NCBI GenBank assembly: GCA_032249135.1
Contig: JAVVGL010000016.1
Location: forward strand, 1 to 46,123
Reading direction: 5' to 3'
Length of the DNA stretch: 46,123 nt
Origin: Candidatus Calescibacterium sp.
Lineage (GTDB): Bacteria > Calescibacteriota > Calescibacteriia > Calescibacteriales > Calescibacteriaceae
Position 1 is the first letter of the stretch, and every line of letters begins with the position of its first letter. The position numbers and the translations under genes are program-made. Below the pieces are notes generated by a model. The model saw nothing but the letters and a program-made list of their open reading frames with translations. It did no database searches and was not told the DNA's origin. Shown here piece by piece: positions 19,896 to 29,794 of the stretch.

Positions 19896-22800
19896 ATGGC
19901 TGATTTAAGAAATATTCCTGCGGTATTTTTGGGAATGTGTCCGAATTGTGGCGGAGATATAACATCTGATAGATTAGAAAAATGGCTACCATGTATTTCC
20001 TGTCTTCCCGAAATTCCAGAAAATGCCTCCTTTGAAGATGTGAAGAATGAGCTCGAAAAATTAGGTAGGCTCAAAAATTTAGGAAAGATTTATGAAGTGG
20101 AGAAAAAAGCGGAGGAGTTTTCAAAGTTCTTTGAGAAAATTGTCGGATTTCCACCTTGGTCGCTACAAGTAGGATGGGCGAAAAGAGTTATTACAGGTCA
20201 GAGCTTTGTAGCTCTCGCTCCCACAGGTGTAGGTAAAACGACTTTCGGAATAGTTATGTCCTTGTTCATAGAAGGAAAATCCTATATCATACTACCTACA
20301 AAACTTCTTTCAAAACTTGTTGCAAAAAAAATAATAGAATCAGCAGAAAAATTGGGGATAAATAAAAAAATACTCATAGTTCATGGATCGAAAACCTCAA
20401 AAGAAAAGGAAGCACTACAAAACTCTGATTTTGATATACTCATAACAACAAGTATGTTCCTTGCAAGAAATGAAAAACTTATAGTAGATAAAAGATTTGA
20501 TTTTATCTTCATAGATGATGTTGATACATACCTCAAACAACCCAAAAATGTTGAAAGGATCCTAAAAGTTATGGGATTGAGCGATGAAGATGTGAATGAG
20601 TTAAAAACTCTTATGAACAAAAAATTCTCCATTGCCAGGGGAAAGGAATCAATAGAAGAAAAGATAAAAGAGTTCAGTGAGATAAGTCAGAAAGTATCAG
20701 AGATAAGAAAGAAAATAAAAGGAGTTCTTGTAATCTCATCTGCAACAGCTAAACCACGAGCAAATACAACAAGATATTTTAGGGAAATATTCGGATTTGA
20801 AATCTCTCCATATGCAACAACAATAAGAAATATAGAAGACACAATAATAAACTGCGAAGGAGATGAAAAAGATATTCATAAACTCAAAAGTTATATTTTT
20901 CAAAAAACGAAAGAGGTTATAGAAAGATGCGGTAGTGGATGCTTTGTTTTTGTAAATTCAGAATACGGAAAACAATCGGTCTATGAGATAAAAGATTTCC
21001 TAAAATCATCAGGAATAGAAGCAATAACTTATGAAGAATTTGACGAGAAAAATCAAGAAAAATTCAGGAATGGAGAAATAAAAGCAGTAATAGGCATCTC
21101 ATCTTTGAGGAACCCACTGTGCAGAGGAATAGATATGCCAGATGCTGTAAGGTATGCTATCTTTGTAGGTGTTCCTCGTTTTATCTTTTCCCTTGGAGAA
21201 ATAGACGAACCAGCAAAAATGTTGGGAGTTCTTATATCTTTGAAAAACGCAATAGGGAACGGTAAAAAGATTTTCTCATTTATAGAATCTATGAAAAAAT
21301 ACGTAGGGATGAGGGTAGAAGATATAGAAAAATATCCCCCAATAAAAGAGAAAATTTTGAGTATAAAAAGTTTTATTGAGGAAAAGTTAAAAGATCCAGA
21401 GGTAATAAAGAAAATAAAAGAGTCAGAAGATATACCTTTGAGAATAGGGGAAGACGGTAGTATAAAGTTTGTAGTAGCAGATTCTTCCGCTTATATTCAA
21501 GCCTCTGGAAGAACCTCACGCCTTTATATAGGAGGATTATCAAAAGGATTATCTGTAATGATAGTTGATGATAAGAAAGCTTTCGCTCAGCTAAAAAAAC
21601 GCCTGAGATTAGAGTTCTTTGAATCAATAAACTTCAAAGAATTTGTTAATTTACCTATAGAAGATATTCTTGCTGAAATAGACAAAGATAGACAGAACAT
21701 AAAGAACTTGATGGAAGGAAAAATAACACCCCTTATTAACCAAGCCTCTATAAAACCTCCACAAAACGCACTTTTAATAGTCGAATCTCCAAACAAAGCA
21801 GGAACAATTGCAAAACTCATCGGTAAGCCAACAAAAAGAAGAATAATAGTAAACGGAAATGGGAAGACCATAGATGCATGGGAAGTTTCCCGAGGTGACC
21901 TGAACATAACTATAATTGCATCAGGGGGACATGTAATTGACCTACCATACTCATATTATAGAAAAGAAAACGTAGAAGATGAAAAATATGAGGTCAAAAT
22001 TGTGAATCAGAACGGAAAAATGATTTTCTTACCAAAATACAAATCTATAAAAAGATGTAGAAATTGTGGTGAGAACTTTTTTGAAGGGGAAAAGTGTCCT
22101 TATTGTGGCTCAACCAACTTTGATGACAAATCCGATGTAATTCGGGCAATCCAAAAACTTGCCCAGGAGGCAAATATTGTTTTCATAGCAACAGATCCAG
22201 ACTATGAGGGAGAAAAAATAGCTTTTGACATTTTTATGACTATACCGAAATACAAAAAAGAAATAAAAAGAATAGAGTATCATGAAGTGACAAGAAAAGC
22301 CATTTTCAGTGCAATTCAAAATCCAAGAGATTTGAATATCTCACTCGTTATGTCGCAAATAGTCAGAAGAGTCACAGATAGATGGGTTGGATTTGCGATG
22401 AGTGAATTTTTGCAAAAAGAAGAAGAAAAAAGATGGCTATCTGCTGGAAGAGTTCAAACCCCTGTTTTGGGCTGGCTTATAGAAAGAGAAAAAGAAATGA
22501 AAAATAAAGTCGGAATCTTAACATTCAAAGGCGAAAATGGAATATCAGATTCAGTAAAAATTGAAAACAGAGAGGAAGCAAAGAAAATAAGTAGCTCAAT
22601 AAAGAAATTAAAAGGGAGAAAAAGAAAAAAAGAAGAAGATGAAAGAGAAAGATTAGATAATGCAAAAATAAAGGTAAGATATGAACTTTTGGAAACAAGT
22701 GAAGAAGTGATAAATCCACCACCCCCCCTCAATACCCCTGAACTCATAAAAGAAGCATTCTCAAAGCTAAAACTATCTGCACCTCAAACTATGAACCTTG

Positions 22801-23636
22801 CTCAACAGCTATTTGAATCAGGTATAATTACTTACCATAGAACAGATTCAACCCATGTCTCAGATGTAGGTATTTCGCTCGCAAAAGAGTTCATTTCAGA
22901 AAATATTGGAGAGAATTATTTTGTAGGAAGAACTTGGGGAGAAGAAGGCGCTCACGAATGCATAAGACCAACAAAAGTACTAACTCCTGATGAGCTGACA
23001 ATTTCAGCTAAAATAGGGACAATATCTTTACCAGAAGATGCAATAAAGCTTTATGATATTATATTTTCAAGGTTCATAGCAAGCCAGATGAAACCTGTGA
23101 AAGTTCTAAAAGGTAAAGTAAAACTTGAATTGAGCTGGAAAGTAAATGGAGAAGAAATTTCAATAAGCAAGTTATCTGATATGAATATGAAAATTATTGA
23201 AGATGGGTGGAATAAAGTGATTTTCTTACCAATTTCAGATATCGCAAGAATTTTGGTTGAAAAGAAAGTTTTTGAATTTGAAACAAAAGATTTCAAATTC
23301 TCTTTCGTCTCTCCCGTCCCACCATATACTCATGGCTCACTCATAGAAGAGATGAGAAAAAGGGGCATCGGACGACCTTCAACATACGCTTACATAATAA
23401 AAACACTCCTTGACAGAGGATATTGTATAGATAGGAAAGGTTTTATAATTATAACAAAATTGGGAAGAGAAGTTTATGAGAAATTAAAAAACAGCTCAAA
23501 ATATTCAAAATACACAAGAGAAGATTATACAAGAGAACTTGAAGAAAAAATGGATAAAGTCGGTAAAGGTGAGGAAAATTATATGGATGTATTAAAAAAG
23601 TTATATTTTGAACTTTTCCAAAACACCTCAAATTAG
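19896..23636 (+). CDS. rgy: Reverse gyrase
   Basis: N-terminal Zn finger CPNC..CISC, helicase-like APTGVGKTT, DDVD and QASGRTSR, TOPRIM IVESPNKA and ATDPDYEGE, second Zn finger CRNC..CPYC, SAGRVQTP, catalytic ITYHRTDS, GIGRPSTY. Confidence 0.97.
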   Translation: MADLRNIPAVFLGMCPNCGGDITSDRLEKWLPCISCLPEIPENASFEDVKNELEKLGRLKNLGKIYEVEKKAEEFSKFFEKIVGFPPWSLQVGWAKRVITGQSFVALAPTGVGKTTFGIVMSLFIEGKSYIILPTKLLSKLVAKKIIESAEKLGINKKILIVHGSKTSKEKEALQNSDFDILITTSMFLARNEKLIVDKRFDFIFIDDVDTYLKQPKNVERILKVMGLSDEDVNELKTLMNKKFSIARGKESIEEKIKEFSEISQKVSEIRKKIKGVLVISSATAKPRANTTRYFREIFGFEISPYATTIRNIEDTIINCEGDEKDIHKLKSYIFQKTKEVIERCGSGCFVFVNSEYGKQSVYEIKDFLKSSGIEAITYEEFDEKNQEKFRNGEIKAVIGISSLRNPLCRGIDMPDAVRYAIFVGVPRFIFSLGEIDEPAKMLGVLISLKNAIGNGKKIFSFIESMKKYVGMRVEDIEKYPPIKEKILSIKSFIEEKLKDPEVIKKIKESEDIPLRIGEDGSIKFVVADSSAYIQASGRTSRLYIGGLSKGLSVMIVDDKKAFAQLKKRLRLEFFESINFKEFVNLPIEDILAEIDKDRQNIKNLMEGKITPLINQASIKPPQNALLIVESPNKAGTIAKLIGKPTKRRIIVNGNGKTIDAWEVSRGDLNITIIASGGHVIDLPYSYYRKENVEDEKYEVKIVNQNGKMIFLPKYKSIKRCRNCGENFFEGEKCPYCGSTNFDDKSDVIRAIQKLAQEANIVFIATDPDYEGEKIAFDIFMTIPKYKKEIKRIEYHEVTRKAIFSAIQNPRDLNISLVMSQIVRRVTDRWVGFAMSEFLQKEEEKRWLSAGRVQTPVLGWLIEREKEMKNKVGILTFKGENGISDSVKIENREEAKKISSSIKKLKGRKRKKEEDERERLDNAKIKVRYELLETSEEVINPPPPLNTPELIKEAFSKLKLSAPQTMNLAQQLFESGIITYHRTDSTHVSDVGISLAKEFISENIGENYFVGRTWGEEGAHECIRPTKVLTPDELTISAKIGTISLPEDAIKLYDIIFSRFIASQMKPVKVLKGKVKLELSWKVNGEEISISKLSDMNMKIIEDGWNKVIFLPISDIARILVEKKVFEFETKDFKFSFVSPVPPYTHGSLIEEMRKRGIGRPSTYAYIIKTLLDRGYCIDRKGFIIITKLGREVYEKLKNSSKYSKYTREDYTRELEEKMDKVGKGEENYMDVLKKLYFELFQNTSN

Positions 23637-23712
23637 CGAGTTTTCTGAAATATTTCAGACAAAAATTTTGAAGCTCAAAAAAACGCAAGAATTCTATATA
23701 ACTTCAAAAGCT

Positions 23713-24912
23713 ATGAAATCATCAAAATCCGATGTAATTAAATTCCCAAAAGCTGATGTAATTCATTCAGCCCTGGTTATATTTACAGCTATACTCGGTA
23801 TAGGATTTATAATTCCATTCCTTCCTGATTTTTCAAAAAGAATCGGAGGAGAAAAATTTGTTGGACTTATATTCTCAGGATTTGCGATCTCCCGACTTAT
23901 CGCTGTCCCTGCATTCGCCTTTCTTTCTGACAGATATGGAAGAAAAGTTTTTATAGTTTTAGGTCTCCTCGTTTACTCAATCACATCTTTCTTATATGTT
24001 CATGCTGAAAATTTCATTTCCTTATTTTTGGTAAGGTTAATTCATGGCGCCGCATCCTCTATGATAATTCCTATAAGCTTCGCATATGCCATGGATAAAG
24101 TTCCATACGGTAAAGAGGGATTTGCAGCAGCAATTCTCGGTGGATCTCTGCTTTTAGGGTTCGGATTGGGTCCGTCAATAGGAGGAGCTCTCGCTAAATT
24201 TTACGGAGAAAATGTAGCATTTTACTCTATGGGGGCAGCCGGAATAATAGCTATGATGATTTCCCTTTTTTTGATGAAAGAACCAGAAAAAAAGAAAAGA
24301 GCTTCTCAGCCTGTAATAGATGAGATAAAAGATATAATTTCTTCACACATCTTCATCTTATCTTTTCTGATATGGTTTATTGTGATGTGGCAAAGAGGTT
24401 CTATAATATCATACTCACCTTTGCTTTTAGAAAATGAAGGTTTTGACAAAGTGAAAATAGGTTCAACTTTAACAGCTTATGCTATAATATCATCTGTGCT
24501 TCAGTACTCCTCCGCAAGATTTGTAGATAAAGCAAAAGATAAACTATCTTTATCTTTGATATTTTGTATATCCTCCGCCGTTCCGCTAGCTATTATATAC
24601 TATGCGAATTCTCCTTTGATTATATTTTTTGTGTTCATGTTGTCAGGGGCTTTGAGTGCATTTTCCTACCCATTTCTCATAGCAGAAATAGGAAAAGAAG
24701 CAAAAAGAAAAAACAAAGTCGGAGGAACAATAGGATTTATGGACTGGGCTTTCTCACTTGGGAACATACTCGGACCCACTTCTATGGGCTTTATCGCAAA
24801 CAAAGTTGGACTGAAACTCTCATTCCTTATACTTGGGATAACTCAATTTTTAGCTTTCACACTAATTTTAACCATACTCAAATCAAAAATTCAAAGGAAT
24901 CAAGAGGAATAA
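23713..24912 (+). CDS. MFS transporter (DHA1/TetA-like)
   Basis: About 12 TM helices, motif A-like LSDRYGRK, RLIHG, GFGLGPSIGG; start 23713 preferred to avoid overlap with rgy. Confidence 0.88.
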   Translation: MKSSKSDVIKFPKADVIHSALVIFTAILGIGFIIPFLPDFSKRIGGEKFVGLIFSGFAISRLIAVPAFAFLSDRYGRKVFIVLGLLVYSITSFLYVHAENFISLFLVRLIHGAASSMIIPISFAYAMDKVPYGKEGFAAAILGGSLLLGFGLGPSIGGALAKFYGENVAFYSMGAAGIIAMMISLFLMKEPEKKKRASQPVIDEIKDIISSHIFILSFLIWFIVMWQRGSIISYSPLLLENEGFDKVKIGSTLTAYAIISSVLQYSSARFVDKAKDKLSLSLIFCISSAVPLAIIYYANSPLIIFFVFMLSGALSAFSYPFLIAEIGKEAKRKNKVGGTIGFMDWAFSLGNILGPTSMGFIANKVGLKLSFLILGITQFLAFTLILTILKSKIQRNQEE

Positions 24913-24969
24913 ACAAACAAAAAGAAGAATATATAAAAAAATAGATTGAAGAATATAGCAAATAAAATT

Positions 24970-25500
24970 TTACTTCAATTTTAGAGGTATTCCAGAGACC
25001 ATCAAATAAACTTCATCTGATATATGAGCCAAAAACTTGTTTATCTCAGAAAGTTTTGTAAGCCACAATCTTGTGAGTTCATCTTGCGGTATTATTCCCT
25101 GACCGCATTCGTTAGAAACAAATAACAAAATTCCAGAATTCTGAGAAAGAACAAAATTTTTAAACCTCTCCAATATTTCACTTATTTTATTTAGATCTTT
25201 CCCGAAATAGAAGAAAATGTTTCCAAGCCAAGTTGTTATGCAATCAACAATAGCTAAAAAATTTTTTTCACTTTCAACCGCTTTCCATATATTTATTGGT
25301 TCTTCGCAAGTTTCCCACCATAATCCCTCTCTTTCTTTTCTGTGATTTTGTATTTTTAATTTCATTTCATCATCAAGAGGTTCAGCAGTTGCAACAAATA
25401 TTTTCTTTGTAATTTTATATTTTTCTGCAAGCTCCTCAGCTTTTTTTAGAGCAAATGAGCTTTTTCCACTCCCAACTCCACCTGTTATGAAAATCTTCAT
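24970..25500 (-). CDS. cobU: Adenosylcobinamide kinase / cobinamide-phosphate guanylyltransferase
   Basis: ITGGVGSGKS, ATA..D.EM...I..HR, EEP, DCITTW, VSNECG.GIIP, MVSGIP. Confidence 0.92.
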   Translation of the reverse strand: MKIFITGGVGSGKSSFALKKAEELAEKYKITKKIFVATAEPLDDEMKLKIQNHRKEREGLWWETCEEPINIWKAVESEKNFLAIVDCITTWLGNIFFYFGKDLNKISEILERFKNFVLSQNSGILLFVSNECGQGIIPQDELTRLWLTKLSEINKFLAHISDEVYLMVSGIPLKLK

Positions 25501-25517
25501 TTATTTTATTATTTATT

Positions 25518-26678
25518 TCATTTGATCGCTATTCCGAAAGTGACTTTTCCTGCAAAGCATTTTACAAGTTTGAAATCAGAAAATCCTTTTGAGAGAACAT
25601 AATTTTTCAACTCACTCTCTTTCCATCTTTTGCCATAGAAACTTACAAGAAGATCAAGAATTGACTCCTCAATAGGACCTTTCAGACCGTCATCTGATAC
25701 AATTGCCTCCCATATCACAGCATATCCCCCCTTGTTAAGAACTTTTAATGATTTCTCTAAAAATTCGCTTCCAAATTCATCAAGAGGTCTCAAAGTTAAT
25801 TTTTTGGTCAAGAAAACAAGGTCATAACCTTTTTCTTCATCTCCCCACCTATCCTCTTTCGGAATTCCTTTGTGCTTTTTGATTGATGCAATATTTTTCA
25901 GTTTATATTTCTCAATTAATTTTGGAACTTCATCTATAAGATGAGGATAACATCCTATGTGGATTTGGACATCAGGGAATTTTTTCTGGATGTTTTTTGC
26001 GAAAGATATTCCCATAGAGCCTATCATTATTCGTCTTATACTTTTGAATTCAAACTTTTCCATAAGCTCTCGCGTTGCAGAATACAGGAAAGAATTTACA
26101 CTGAAAAGCAAAGTCCTATAATCACTCTCCAAATTATATATATTGAGTTTTGAAGATGGCTCGCCACGACGAACTATATCTGGCAAATCTGAAAAACCTT
26201 TGAGTTGAGACCATAAAAATCTTATCTCATCACCTAACACCTTCATAACTTCTTTGAATTCTTCATCTAAGGAATAAAAGGCTCCATCTTTTTTCAAAAA
26301 TCCAAAATAGACAAGAGAATCAAGCAGAGTTTCAGTCCTTGGTAAGTCCAAATTAAGACTACCTGCTATCTCATCTGCGGTTGCATTCAATTTTTTATTC
26401 AACTCATCTATTATTCCTAGTTCAAAAGCCGTTCCCAGAGAGGAAATCTTCACAAGATTTCCATTACTTTCAAAAATTTCTTTTGCAAAAAAGTATTTTT
26501 TTATTTTTGATTTGAGATCTGATATATTTTTACTTTTTGAAGCCACAAAAACCAAAGGGACCACTTCTCTTAAAACTTTTCCCAAAACACCATTTTTTTC
26601 AACGATATTTTCTATCCTGTCTTTCAACTGCTTTGACAAATTACCGAATAAAACAAACCTTGATAATAATTCTTTCAT
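25518..26678 (-). CDS. O-methyltransferase family-2-like protein (winged-helix dimerisation domain plus Rossmann domain) with degenerate SAM motif
   Basis: AFELGIID.L....ATADEIA..L.L.....LLDSLV.FGFL dimerisation pattern, YDLVFL, LNKGGYAVIWE; motif I reads IMIGSMG. Confidence 0.6.
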   Translation of the reverse strand: MKELLSRFVLFGNLSKQLKDRIENIVEKNGVLGKVLREVVPLVFVASKSKNISDLKSKIKKYFFAKEIFESNGNLVKISSLGTAFELGIIDELNKKLNATADEIAGSLNLDLPRTETLLDSLVYFGFLKKDGAFYSLDEEFKEVMKVLGDEIRFLWSQLKGFSDLPDIVRRGEPSSKLNIYNLESDYRTLLFSVNSFLYSATRELMEKFEFKSIRRIMIGSMGISFAKNIQKKFPDVQIHIGCYPHLIDEVPKLIEKYKLKNIASIKKHKGIPKEDRWGDEEKGYDLVFLTKKLTLRPLDEFGSEFLEKSLKVLNKGGYAVIWEAIVSDDGLKGPIEESILDLLVSFYGKRWKESELKNYVLSKGFSDFKLVKCFAGKVTFGIAIK

Positions 26679-26686
26679 AATCTAAT

Positions 26687-27919
26687 TTACCTCCTATTTT
26701 TTTCTTCTTTGCCTTGTTTCCCTTCTTTACCTTGTTCTCCTCCCAATTTTTTTATTTCTTTTTCAAGTTTTTCTTCAGCCTTCTTTTCTGACTTTTCAAG
26801 CTTATCAATTCTTTTCAAAATCGCATCCTTCTCTGCATTATCTTGGACGAACTCTGAATACTCTTTGAGGTAGTTTTTAGCCAACCTCAAATATTCAAGG
26901 GATTTCTGAGTTGACATCTGATAATAAGAAGACATAGTTTCATATAAATTTGCAAGGTTATATAAAATCTGAGGTCTTTTTCCAAAACTTAAAGCTTTTT
27001 TGTACATCTCCTCTGCTTTTTCAAATTCCCCTTTTCTTTTGTAAATTAGACCAAGATTTAAATATGCCTCCCACATATTACTATCTTCAGACAACGCTTC
27101 TTTGAAAGCTTTTTCGGCGTCATCTATTGCATTCAATTTAAAATAGCATATTCCAAGTTTCAAGAAAATAACTTTATCTCTTTTGATTTTCAATCCTTTT
27201 TCAAACTCTCTTATGGCATCGGCAAAATTTTTTGTCCTCATATATATTTCACCTTTCATGAAGAAATTTTCCGGGTCATCGGGATATTTTTTAGAAAGTT
27301 CATCAAAGATGAAAAGCCCAAGATTATATCTTCCGGTCTCAATAAATAAATACCCCATAGTTTTTTCTATTTCCTTTCTCATTCCAACTTCAGATGAAGC
27401 TTTTTTTAATATTTCCTCAGCTTTTTTGTAGTCTCCTTTTCTCATGTAAAAAAGAGCTTTCGCAGATTTTATTTTTGGGTCAGCTGGAACAATTTTTTCA
27501 GCATCTTCAAGAACTTTTAATCCATCATCTATCTTCCCTTTTTTACTTTTTATCTCTGCAAGATTTACCCAGGCATCTACCATATTGGGTTTAAGCTCTA
27601 TGGCGTAAGAATAAAATTTTTCCGCCTCATCTAAGTTCCCTTCGGCTTCTTTCCTCAATCCTATTCCAAACATAACGTAAGGATCAGCAACTATTGATGC
27701 TTTGGCTTCCTCAAAGGTAAGTTTTTCAGCTTTCTTGATTACCTCTTCTTTTTCTGCTCTCTTTATATCCTCTATTTTTTCTTCTATAATAGTTGGAGGA
27801 GGTTTTTTGGCGCAAGAAAAATTAGAAAGCAAAAATAATGTGACAAATATAAAAGTAAGGAAATCAAAATTAAAAATCAGACCAAAAAACTTGCCCACCA
27901 CATTTTTCCTAACCCTCAT
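26687..27919 (-). CDS. TPR-repeat lipoprotein
   Basis: Hydrophobic signal plus lipobox-like NFSC; repeated A..NLG..Y...G....A...Y..AL TPR units. Confidence 0.8.
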   Translation of the reverse strand: MRVRKNVVGKFFGLIFNFDFLTFIFVTLFLLSNFSCAKKPPPTIIEEKIEDIKRAEKEEVIKKAEKLTFEEAKASIVADPYVMFGIGLRKEAEGNLDEAEKFYSYAIELKPNMVDAWVNLAEIKSKKGKIDDGLKVLEDAEKIVPADPKIKSAKALFYMRKGDYKKAEEILKKASSEVGMRKEIEKTMGYLFIETGRYNLGLFIFDELSKKYPDDPENFFMKGEIYMRTKNFADAIREFEKGLKIKRDKVIFLKLGICYFKLNAIDDAEKAFKEALSEDSNMWEAYLNLGLIYKRKGEFEKAEEMYKKALSFGKRPQILYNLANLYETMSSYYQMSTQKSLEYLRLAKNYLKEYSEFVQDNAEKDAILKRIDKLEKSEKKAEEKLEKEIKKLGGEQGKEGKQGKEEKNRR

Positions 27920-27991
27920 AAAAAATAATTTAAATAGTCTATCGCTAAAATTTCCAAAAACTTTGTAATTTCAAATTAAAAGTTATAGACT

Positions 27992-28407
27992 GTTATATTT
28001 TTTCTACTTCTGATTGGAGAAACCTAATTATTTCGTTGCAAGATAAAAATTGAATAATATCAGCAACATAATGTGCTCTTTTGTAATTTTTATCATATGT
28101 AATTTTTATCATATACCCCTATCATCATTTCAGCAGGAGCTGGAAATGTACTTGATAGATTTTTGTCGTTTTGATCTATAATTTTGAGTACTCTTCTTGT
28201 AATTTCTTCAAGCTTCTCAATAGTTCTATCTTGCTGAAAATTTTTTCAACGAAAAGCCCAACTTTACCTTTGCTGTTATATCTTGAGATTCTTAAAAAAG
28301 CATCTTGTGTATCAAAATAAATTATTATAAGATGGATATTTGTCTTTATCTAAATCAAATAAAGTGGATTGTTTGATTTGCTTCCCTCTTATTTCAGCTC
28401 CTTTCAT
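27992..28407 (-). pseudogene. Decayed ORF remnant
   Basis: Minus-strand fragments MKGAEIRGKQIKQSTLFDLDKDK..., IHLIIIYFDTQDAF*ESQDITAKVKLG and FQQDRTIEKLEEITRRVLKIID...HYVADIIQFLSCNEIIRFLQSEVEKI*, in different frames. Confidence 0.45.
28082..28113. repeat. Perfect 16-bp tandem duplication (TGTAATTTTTATCATA x2)
   Basis: 28082-28097 is identical to 28098-28113, inside the decayed ORF. Confidence 0.9.
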
Positions 28408-28519
28408 AATTATATAATTTACTACAAAAGATGATAAAAAATTATTTTTTTGTTTCACACAATCAAGATTTTCTATTTATTCTGAGATTTAAAAATGTTC
28501 TAAAATAATTTTTGATGTG

Positions 28520-29707
28520 ATGGGAAAAGAAAAAAAGAATAAGCCAAAAATTTTGAGAATTATAACCCGGCTTGAAAGGGGAGGAGTGCCTTACGAAGTT
28601 TTAGAAGTCACACGCAGCAAAGAAATAAATAAATTTTTTGATCAGGTACTTGTAAGTGGATATTGTGATAACGAAATTGAAATCCCCACTGATATAAAAA
28701 TTTTGCGAGTAAAAAATTTAGTAAGAGATGTATCTTTGGTTAAAGATATTTTTGCTTTGCTTGAGCTAATAAAGATAATTCTTTTAGAAAAGCCAGATAT
28801 AATTCATGCTCACACATCAAAGGCAGGATTTATTGGACGCCTCGCAGGATTTATTTGTAAGGTACCATACAAAATTTATTCACCTCACGGACATATATTT
28901 TCAGGATACTTTTCAAAACCTAAAACTTTTTTATTCAAGCTTTTGGAATTCATAGCAGGAAAATTTACAGATGTGCTGGTTGTGAGAACAGAAGATGAGA
29001 AAGAAGCTTTTGAAAATGTGGGATATAGAGGGAGATTTTTCTTTATACCAAAAGCAGAAGTGAAATTGCCAAATCAGAAAGAACGGCAAAAAATCTCGGA
29101 AAGCAAAACGAATGAAGAAATAGAAAAAATAAAAGATAAAATAATTGGTTTGAAAAACTCTGGAGTAAAAATTGTTGGAACAATATCTCGTCTTGAACCT
29201 GTAAAGGGTATTGAATATCTTATAAGGGCATTTTCACTTCTTCTGAAAGATTTAGATCAAAAAATTTTTTTGCTCATAGTTGGAGATGGCTCTGAAAGAA
29301 AAAGACTTCAAGAACTTGCAGAAAAGATTTTGGGAAAAGAAAATTTTCTCTTTACAGGTTGGATTTATCCTCCTGATGATTTTTACCCTCTTTTTGATGT
29401 TTTTTGTGTCCCATCTTTGAATGAAGGTTGGGGAGTCACGATAATTGAAGCTGGAAAATTTGGAATTCCAATCGTTGCTTCTTCGGTTGGTGGAATCCCG
29501 TATTTTGCTGGTGGATATGTTTTACTTGTTCCACCAAGGAACGAACAAAAGCTCAAAGAGGCTATAAAAAAAATTTTGGAGAATGAGGAATTGAGAAAAA
29601 TCCTCTCAGAAAAATCTTATGAGCTTTCCCAAAAATATACAAAAGATTCTATGATCAAAAGGTATCTTGAACTTTACCTTTCTTTGTATAGGGTGAAAAA
29701 TTCCTGA
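28520..29707 (+). CDS. GT4 family glycosyltransferase
   Basis: ITRLERGG, IIHAHTSKAG..GRLA, RLEPVKG, PSLNEGWGVTIIEA (EX7E), VGGIP. Confidence 0.92.
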   Translation: MGKEKKNKPKILRIITRLERGGVPYEVLEVTRSKEINKFFDQVLVSGYCDNEIEIPTDIKILRVKNLVRDVSLVKDIFALLELIKIILLEKPDIIHAHTSKAGFIGRLAGFICKVPYKIYSPHGHIFSGYFSKPKTFLFKLLEFIAGKFTDVLVVRTEDEKEAFENVGYRGRFFFIPKAEVKLPNQKERQKISESKTNEEIEKIKDKIIGLKNSGVKIVGTISRLEPVKGIEYLIRAFSLLLKDLDQKIFLLIVGDGSERKRLQELAEKILGKENFLFTGWIYPPDDFYPLFDVFCVPSLNEGWGVTIIEAGKFGIPIVASSVGGIPYFAGGYVLLVPPRNEQKLKEAIKKILENEELRKILSEKSYELSQKYTKDSMIKRYLELYLSLYRVKNS

Positions 29708-29794
29708 AATTTGTTTTTTGTTTTATTTTATTCATTATCTTATGAATACTTTTGTTTGTTCTCCAAAACAGGAGGGCTAAATTGAGTTTAAGCT

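Noticed and set aside
23724-23765. GATGTAATT repeat at the MFS 5' end, also present at about 22134 in rgy
   Set aside because: Short coding-sequence coincidence (KSDVI/KADVI); no independent support
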